Below are positions 51,468 through 57,342 of a stretch of DNA of 57,342 nucleotides, piece by piece (position 1 is the first letter of the stretch; every line of letters begins with the position of its first letter). Under the pieces are notes generated by a model. The model worked only from the letters and a program-made list of their open reading frames with translations, ran no database searches and was not told where the DNA came from. The position numbers and the translations under genes were made by a program. The DNA is taken from contig CAWGPQ010000019.1 in NCBI GenBank assembly GCA_963824495.1, forward strand, positions 1-57,342. Direction: 5' to 3'. Source of the DNA: an uncultured bacterium (GTDB lineage Bacteria > Babelota > Babeliae > Babelales > Babelaceae).

Positions 51468-51884
51468 CTAGACTTCCTCCGCTCGCATCCATTCATCTTG
51501 AGGGCTGCCTTCACCATGAGGGCCCCAGGAATACAGCTCATACGGCGGCTGAGTACCCTTAGGGTTAACTCTATACACTAAATCATTACCCCAGCCATCC
51601 AATGGCTCTTTACTTAAATAAGGACCACCCCACCGACGTGCTATTTTTTCTTCAAGGGGTTTTCTCTGAAGATCACCCAGTGTTGAAGGATATGCATTAG
51701 TGTCACCGTGAAACTGCTCGATTGTTGTTTGGACAGTTTTGAGCGTTGCCTGAGTAGCTGTTTTCTTGCCCTGACCTAAATATCTGACAAGATTAGGTAC
51801 AACAATAGCACCTAAGATACCAATAATTGTCATCGCAATAACAATTTCGATAAAAGAAAAACCCTTTTGTGCTGAATTAGTCAT
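51468..51884 (-). CDS. gspG: Type II secretion major pseudopilin
   Basis: KG|FSFIE, YPST..L, WGGPYL, DGWGN and YELYSWGP motifs. Confidence 0.93.
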   Translation of the reverse strand: MTNSAQKGFSFIEIVIAMTIIGILGAIVVPNLVRYLGQGKKTATQATLKTVQTTIEQFHGDTNAYPSTLGDLQRKPLEEKIARRWGGPYLSKEPLDGWGNDLVYRVNPKGTQPPYELYSWGPHGEGSPQDEWMRAEEV

Positions 51885-52006
51885 TATGCTACTCCTAAAT
51901 AGCTAATAAGATTAGGTATAATCATAGCACCTAAGATGCCAGTAATCGTTACCGCAATAATAACCGTCATCAAAGAAAAACCCCTTTGTGGCGAATGAGT
52001 TATCAT
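51884..52006 (-). CDS. 40-aa mini-pseudopilin (duplicate of the GspG N-terminal helix)
   Basis: MITHSPQRG|FSLMTVIIAVTITGILGAMIIPNLISYLGVA*; AAAGGGA upstream; TAATG overlap with gspG. Not in the ORF track. Confidence 0.65.
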   Translation of the reverse strand: MITHSPQRGFSLMTVIIAVTITGILGAMIIPNLISYLGVA

Positions 52007-52020
52007 GCCATCCCTTTCGT

Positions 52021-53241
52021 TTAAATACCTGTCAACGCTTCATTCATTTTAGTCATCGGTAATATAATAGAAATCACAATAAAACCCACAATAAGTGCCA
52101 TAAGTATTGTTGCTGCTGGCCCCAAACGGGCAGACAAGCTATCTGCCAATTCACTTAATTCTGTTTCATAATAATCGGCAACGGTAGTGAGCATGGTATC
52201 AAGCTGACCACTTTGCTCACCTGTGTTAATTAAGTAAATAGCAACGGGTGGAAAAATATTAGTCTTTTTTAGATAATCAGCAATACGCCCCTGTTTAATA
52301 ATGTTCTCGCGTGCAGTATTAAGTTCATCGACTAAGATGCGATTATTGACAATTTTTACGACGATGTCGAGCGCTTCAGCTAAGTTTACACCACCTTCAA
52401 GCAGCATGCCCAGTGTTCGACTAAACTGAACTACTGTGCCCATCTTGGTAAAATACTTAATAACCGGTAATTTAAGCTTGAGCGCATCAAGAGCTCGTGC
52501 TCCATAGGGTGTACGACGCCACCACCGAAAGGCTGCATATATAAGCACAATAGCTGCACCTATAAGTATATAGTACGTTCTGAAAATAGTTGAGATTCCT
52601 AGCAGGATACGTGTTGGCAGAGGTAGTGCTGCTCCTTGTGATGAAAATGTTTGTGCTATCTGAGGAACAACAAAGTTGAGCAATACTAAAACGACAACAC
52701 CTATAACACCTAGCTGTATCAGGGGCCCACGTAATGCGCTACGTATACGCTTTGCTAAAAGCTGACGCCGTTCAAGATATCCCGTTAAGCGATCAAGAAT
52801 AAGCTCAAGGCGACCGCTTGCCTCACCAGCTCTAACCAGCTGTATATAAATATTATCAAAGACTTTCGGGTATTTACTAAGCCCTTCTGCAAGCGATTTG
52901 CCCTCTTTAATGTTATCGCGCAGCGAAACAACAATTGAGCGCAAGCCACCTTCAGTTTGCTCGACTAAAAGATCTAACGCCTGCAGTAATGGCACACCAG
53001 ACTTAAGCAACACTGACAGCTGCTTGGTAAAGAAAATTTTATCTTTACCGCTAATACGGCGTGCAAACAGACGACGCCATGAAAAGCTTTCTTCTGCCCC
53101 TTCAGGAGCGACAGTAATAACGGTAGGAAAAAGCCCCATTTTCGTCAATTGTTCCCGTGCACCTTGTACCGATGGTGCATCGACAGTACCACGTACAGCT
53201 TTTCCTTCACGCGAGAGTGCTTGATATGAGTATAATGCCAC
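52021..53241 (-). CDS. gspF: Type II secretion/T4P inner-membrane platform protein (GspF/PilC)
   Basis: FTKQLSVLLKSGVPLLQAL, AGEASGRLE, FSRTLGMLLEGGV and GEQSGQLD motifs. Confidence 0.92.
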   Translation of the reverse strand: MALYSYQALSREGKAVRGTVDAPSVQGAREQLTKMGLFPTVITVAPEGAEESFSWRRLFARRISGKDKIFFTKQLSVLLKSGVPLLQALDLLVEQTEGGLRSIVVSLRDNIKEGKSLAEGLSKYPKVFDNIYIQLVRAGEASGRLELILDRLTGYLERRQLLAKRIRSALRGPLIQLGVIGVVVLVLLNFVVPQIAQTFSSQGAALPLPTRILLGISTIFRTYYILIGAAIVLIYAAFRWWRRTPYGARALDALKLKLPVIKYFTKMGTVVQFSRTLGMLLEGGVNLAEALDIVVKIVNNRILVDELNTARENIIKQGRIADYLKKTNIFPPVAIYLINTGEQSGQLDTMLTTVADYYETELSELADSLSARLGPAATILMALIVGFIVISIILPMTKMNEALTGI

Positions 53242-53337
53242 GCCCTATACCCCCTTGACAAAATTCACACTTAATCATATTCAAATATAAGTATACCATA
53301 GTGTAAGTAAAATCGCTAACTGTATAAAGGACCCCCT

Positions 53338-54348
53338 ATGAAACAAAGATTAGTATCACGCCTATTCCTGCTCTGTATCGTTGTCTTTTTAAGTATATAT
53401 CAGCAGTCATGTGCTAAAATTATAAACTCTGCTATGAGAGGGAACGATACTTCGCCATTACCAGATCAGCGTGAAATTTTGAGGTCTTTTATTGATACCA
53501 AAATTACGTTCAGCCAAGAAGGGCTTCATGTTTTTTTCAAGCGCACTTTCAACCGTGATCTTTATGGCAATAGCCTTTTACCACTGACGTTTATACATGT
53601 GATTGATTTCTTAGAGTATGGCAGGACGATTAAAAACCCTCGCTCATTTGCCGTATCGGTACTTGATATTTTTCTTACAAGATTTAAACGAGCCCAGTGG
53701 GCCAATGCCTATGCCATTCTTCAGCTTTTAGAAAATCTACCAAGGCTCTTGGGCCCTTTGTGTGGTGAGCCTGTAGATAGCCTCGATTATCTTAAGCACC
53801 AAAAAGCTGTAAAAGAGTATTTATATGCTGCTTTGTTAACTGGCTTTGGTGAACTTAAAAAGAATCCTGATGCTTTTTTAGATAAAGTTTCTTACGATAT
53901 TACAGCTCTTATAGCAGAACCAAAATTAGATGATGAAGCGTCTATCCACGAGCTTCATCATGTTACTGTTCGTTTTCTTGAAAGTATACTTGATAAACTC
54001 ATTTTCGATCTCCGTGAACAAGAGTATGTCTGGAAAACGGTAAAGCTTATTGCCGAACATCTAGAGCTACTTCTTGGTGCTCATATACTGCCTGACGTCA
54101 AAACGCTCAACCAGCTTTATTGGTCGTTACTTGAGCGGTTTTGTTATGCTCTAGAAACGATGGGCTCGCTTGTTTCACATGATACCTATCAAGCAATAAA
54201 AAATGATCTAGCCCAACCGTCAATACCACTACTTCTTCTCGAAGAGCAAGAAGATTTTCTTACACCAAAGCTGACCAGACTCAAAAAAGCCATAACTGAT
54301 GGAGAAATTAAAGCACGTGCTCGCGAACATGGTATACTAACGCGCTGA
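53338..54348 (+). CDS. Hypothetical secreted helical protein
   Basis: 336-aa ORF with signal peptide and AAGGA upstream. Confidence 0.7.
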   Translation: MKQRLVSRLFLLCIVVFLSIYQQSCAKIINSAMRGNDTSPLPDQREILRSFIDTKITFSQEGLHVFFKRTFNRDLYGNSLLPLTFIHVIDFLEYGRTIKNPRSFAVSVLDIFLTRFKRAQWANAYAILQLLENLPRLLGPLCGEPVDSLDYLKHQKAVKEYLYAALLTGFGELKKNPDAFLDKVSYDITALIAEPKLDDEASIHELHHVTVRFLESILDKLIFDLREQEYVWKTVKLIAEHLELLLGAHILPDVKTLNQLYWSLLERFCYALETMGSLVSHDTYQAIKNDLAQPSIPLLLLEEQEDFLTPKLTRLKKAITDGEIKARAREHGILTR

Positions 54349-54383
54349 CATATCATGTACCAAGAGAATTTCTCTTGTAAACC

Positions 54384-54458
54384 CTAGACGTATCCGAGAA
54401 GGCGCAAAATAATAAGTATTAAAATAATAACAATAAGAATTGAGATAATGTCCTGCAT
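54384..54458 (-). CDS. 24-aa single-TM small protein
   Basis: MQDIISILIVIILILIILRLLGYV* with AGGAG 7 nt upstream of ATG. Not in the ORF track. Confidence 0.6.
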   Translation of the reverse strand: MQDIISILIVIILILIILRLLGYV

Positions 54459-54482
54459 ATTTTTTCTCCTATATTCTTTATT

Positions 54483-54517
54483 ATAAAGTATTGATTCTTA
54501 AAAAATCAATACTTTAT
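54483..54517. promoter_or_regulatory. 14-bp perfect inverted repeat overlapping a putative promoter
   Basis: ATAAAGTATTGATT-7-AATCAATACTTTAT; minus strand TTGATT-18-TATAAT points to the small protein. Confidence 0.55.
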
Positions 54518-54540
54518 TTTTTATTGTCATTATTTTTAAT

Positions 54541-54576
54541 AACAAAAATAGGGGTAGAAGATCTTTCTACCCCTAT
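54541..54576 (-). terminator. Intrinsic terminator of the 54605 gene
   Basis: ATAGGGGTAGAA/TTCTACCCCTAT 12-bp stem followed by a U-rich tail on the minus strand. Confidence 0.8.
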
Positions 54577-54604
54577 AGAGTCTCTCTATAAATTGCATTA
54601 ACTC

Positions 54605-55012
54605 TTATTCTTGAGTTTCAACTGATATGGCAATGGTACCTATCTCAATATTATTTTCTTGACACTTAGCAACTAAAGCAGGGTGCGATTCTAAAACTTC
54701 ATGCACCGTAGAGTGTAGCATAGGCTCAATGACCTCAAGTTCAAGATTTACCTTGCGCACAATCTCTTGCCGTACTTCAGCAAGTTCTTCTTGTTCAGCA
54801 GGTGATAAAACTTCGTGTGTTATTAAGGGCGAACGAATGCATTCTGAACAAGCTGTGCATGCTTGACAGTCACTGTCTACCGTCAACTTTGCATCTTCCA
54901 CAGTACAAGCTGTACACTCATTGAGCTCAACTGCTTCTGGGGTTTCTGGGCAGGCGCTTAGAAGGCTGCTAACCGATAGCCCTACTACTAACGAAAGCTT
55001 TTTTAAAGCCAT
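54605..55012 (-). CDS. Small secreted acidic Cys-rich protein
   Basis: AAGGAG upstream; signal peptide LLSA-C; CxxC clusters. Confidence 0.7.
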   Translation of the reverse strand: MALKKLSLVVGLSVSSLLSACPETPEAVELNECTACTVEDAKLTVDSDCQACTACSECIRSPLITHEVLSPAEQEELAEVRQEIVRKVNLELEVIEPMLHSTVHEVLESHPALVAKCQENNIEIGTIAISVETQE

Positions 55013-55225
55013 AACGATACTCCTTAAAATGAGAGAATGTGGTGTAGATATTGCTCGTTTACGCGCCTATAATCTATACGTTTTCTTTAATAAAGCAACT
55101 GCTTAATTTAGATTCAATTGCTCTATGGCTATTTCTAAGCTCTTTGACAAAGTGTAGGTAGCGAAATAAATTAGTAATTATTAATTTGTCATTTTAACTA
55201 AAAACAGCTTAAATAAAGGCAAAAT

Positions 55226-55429
55226 ATGAACAAATATATTTTGCCACTAGCAAGTTTTAGCATCTTTCTGTTGGGCTCAAATGAGCTCGTGAGTATGGAT
55301 CAAGAACAGAATTAACTTGAGCCTGACCAGGCGCTTATACATGCAGTTACTGAACGCGTTGCCTATTTTGTGTTTGCACAAAGAATAGGTGCTCAACCAG
55401 GTAGAGCACCTCCTAATTCGAATTCTTAA
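55226..55429 (+). pseudogene. Collapsed remnant of a secreted (probably ankyrin) gene
   Basis: TTGACA-17-TAAATT at 55144; signal peptide ending VS-MDQE; internal TAA; then QALIHAV. Confidence 0.4.
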
Positions 55430-55532
55430 GTTTTAAGATACACATGTTCCGATGGAGGCATAGAAAGTCTTACAATAGTGTTGTATTCTAGTAGCAGGAA
55501 TAGTGCACTAGCAGAATAAGAAAGTTGTAAAT

Positions 55533-56108
55533 ATGCTCAAGGGACGACTTGAAGTTATTTGTGGTTCGATGTTTTCGGGTAAATCTGAAGAGCTTATACG
55601 ACGTTTGCGTCGTGCTGAATTTGCCCATTTAAAAACACAAGTATTTAAACATAGCTTAGATCAACGTATAACGACTGAGCACATACATGCTCATAGTGGC
55701 GATAAGCTTTCAGCAATTCCCATAGATAGCCCTGAAGCTTTCCAGAACCATATACATACTGATACTATCGTTATCGGTATAGATGAGGTGCAATTTTTTC
55801 ATCCAGCAATTGTGTCTTGTATATATAAGCTCGTAGAGCAGGGTAAACGTGTAATTGTGGCAGGGCTCGACCTTGATTTCAGAGGGCTGCCTTTTGGCTG
55901 CATGCCAGCCTTACTGGCGCTTGCAGATGCCGTAACAAAACTTAAAGCTGTCTGCATAAACTGTGGTAATGATGCTCATTTTACACAACGATTGGTTAAT
56001 GGCAAGCCCGCTCAGTGTAACGACCCGCTTATTGTGATTGGTGCTCAAGAGTGTTATCAAGCGCGTTGTCGCAACTGCTATGAAATTGATCAACAACCCT
56101 TTTTCTAG
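55533..56108 (+). CDS. tdk: Thymidine kinase
   Basis: GSMFSGKSEEL, IDEVQFF, AGLDLDF and two CxxC zinc sites. Confidence 0.97.
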   Translation: MLKGRLEVICGSMFSGKSEELIRRLRRAEFAHLKTQVFKHSLDQRITTEHIHAHSGDKLSAIPIDSPEAFQNHIHTDTIVIGIDEVQFFHPAIVSCIYKLVEQGKRVIVAGLDLDFRGLPFGCMPALLALADAVTKLKAVCINCGNDAHFTQRLVNGKPAQCNDPLIVIGAQECYQARCRNCYEIDQQPFF

Positions 56109-56123
56109 CACGCCAATAGTCCT

Positions 56124-56561
56124 ATGCTATATGAGAATATGATTAAGAAAAGAACAAGTATTTTTTGTGTAAGTAGTGTGGTTCTTTTTATGCTTGACTT
56201 AGTGTGTTCCGCCTGGTTTGAACAACCGGTTCTTTGTCTTACACGTAGTACCTATATTAGCGTGTTATGGTCACCCTATTCTTTGAGCGCTAAGATACTA
56301 AGTGGTTTTTTAACCCTTCTTATTACATCGGTACATAACAGGCTCTTGTGGGAAGAGCTTGTGTCCCTGATTTTGCTGCCTCTGTTTGTAGGTGGACTTA
56401 AAAGACTTGTGCAGCCGTCACTATCCCTGTATTATATCTTTACCTGCTTGTTAGTGATGGGCAGTAGCATGGTTATTGATGGTGTGTTTGTCTGGACATT
56501 ACATAAAATTATTGCTAATATAATAGTAACGTATGGAGTTATACGGTATATCACAAGGTAA
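56124..56561 (+). CDS. Small multi-pass membrane protein
   Basis: About 4-5 hydrophobic segments; stop codon overlaps the start of rnpB. Confidence 0.55.
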   Translation: MLYENMIKKRTSIFCVSSVVLFMLDLVCSAWFEQPVLCLTRSTYISVLWSPYSLSAKILSGFLTLLITSVHNRLLWEELVSLILLPLFVGGLKRLVQPSLSLYYIFTCLLVMGSSMVIDGVFVWTLHKIIANIIVTYGVIRYITR

Positions 56562-56941
56562 GCGAGGCAATCGCGTAGAGGATATGGGCTTACGGGCCTA
56601 TTTCTTCTATGAGGAAAGTCTGGACTCCCAACGAAAGAGGTACCTGAGAAATGCTCAGGAAGGCGTAAGCCTCTGGAAAGTGCCACAGAAAATAACCGCC
56701 AGTATAGATAGTATGCTGGTAAGGGTGAAAACGTGCGGTAAGAGCGCACGATTACGTGCAGTAATGTGCGCAAGGGGTAAACCCTACCTGGAGCAAGATA
56801 AAACAGTGTGTACGGTGTTTCGTTCCGATTGGCGCGTGCGCAACATCACGAGCCTAAAACATGCGGGTATATCGCTGAGATAAATGGTTGCCATCGCTCA
56901 ATAAGAGTGATAACAGAATCCAGCTTATTGCTTGCCTTGTG
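56552..56941 (+). ncRNA. rnpB: RNase P RNA (type A-like)
   Basis: GAGGAAAGTCTGGACT, GAAAGTGCCACAGAAA, AGGGTGAAA, GGTAAACCC, GAGCAAG and ACAGAATCCAGCTTA conserved regions. P1 formed by CACAAGGTAAGC/GCTTGCCTTGTG. Confidence 0.97.
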
Positions 56942-56952
56942 ATGTGCTTATC

Positions 56953-57342
56953 ATGTTTATTAAAGATATTCTTTGGATAGTTCCCTTTCTTGTATGTATG
57001 GCCGGTTACTATGGCGCTTCTCAGCTTGTCATTAACGAAACCATTGAAACGCCCTCGCTTATTGGTCAAAACGTCACTCAAGCAGTTCTTATGCTTTCAC
57101 CTCGCAATATTCATCTTCGCATTATTGCAAAAAAAGAAGATGCTGACATGCCTGACGGCACTATTCTTGCCCAGCATCCTGGCCAAGGACACACTATTAA
57201 GGCTCATCAATCTATAAATATTGTTGTATCTCAACAGCCTCTTAAGCTCCGAGCTCCTCGCCTTATTGGTTTACAAGAAGCAGATGTATATAAACAAGGG
57301 CAGAAAATTCCCCTACGTATAAAAACATATTTTCTTGAACAC
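56953..57342 (+). CDS. PASTA-domain protein (runs off the window end)
   Basis: Open frame MFIKDILWIVPF...TPSLIGQNVTQA...DGTILAQHPGQG...INIVVS..APRLIG. Not in the ORF track because it has no stop in the window. Confidence 0.85.
   Translation, partial: MFIKDILWIVPFLVCMAGYYGASQLVINETIETPSLIGQNVTQAVLMLSPRNIHLRIIAKKEDADMPDGTILAQHPGQGHTIKAHQSINIVVSQQPLKLRAPRLIGLQEADVYKQGQKIPLRIKTYFLEH

Noticed and set aside
467..55106. Many 60-170 aa ORFs antisense to or nested in identified genes
   Set aside because: Shadow ORFs with no motifs or ribosome-binding sites.
56432..56883. ORFs 56533..56883 (+) and 56432..56773 (-)
   Set aside because: They overlap the RNase P RNA and are spurious.
56990..57217. 75-aa ORF in the track
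   Set aside because: Alternative frame of the PASTA gene starting at 56953.
1..57342. Alternative genetic code or systematic sequencing error as the cause of broken genes
   Set aside because: Housekeeping genes are intact and dnaG, uppS and gspK end in TGA; lesions are confined to accessory genes. Individual indels still need read checks.

Overview
A 57 kb, AT-rich bacterial chromosomal segment read in the standard bacterial code (TGA is a stop). The gene content most resembles a protist-associated intracellular lineage such as Candidatus Dependentiae/Babelota (TM6); this assignment is an inference. Intact housekeeping genes (lgt-dnaG-rpoD, mutL, prmC-ftsY, rnhB, rpsF-rpsR, uppS-gpsA, galU, tdk, RNase P RNA) and a type II secretion/pseudopilin operon (gspF-G-H-I-J-K-like plus an MlaD/MCE gene) alternate with accessory patches. 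These patches hold about 8 signal-peptide ankyrin-repeat genes, several broken. Most notable: (1) a minimal signal peptide-Hint-toxin gene with a translationally coupled putative immunity gene, both recently disrupted; (2) a secreted ankyrin family ending in an F-box-like motif, with signs of module swapping and a recurring Met right after the signal peptide; (3) an unannotated 40-aa mini-pseudopilin coupled to gspG; (4) features missing from the ORF track, including an IS982-like internally deleted element with TIRs and a 3-bp direct repeat, an in-frame 33-nt palindromic insert in an ankyrin repeat, an AlaX pseudogene, a 24-aa membrane peptide and an RNase P RNA apparently lacking P18. All family assignments come from motif recognition by eye; no database searches were run.
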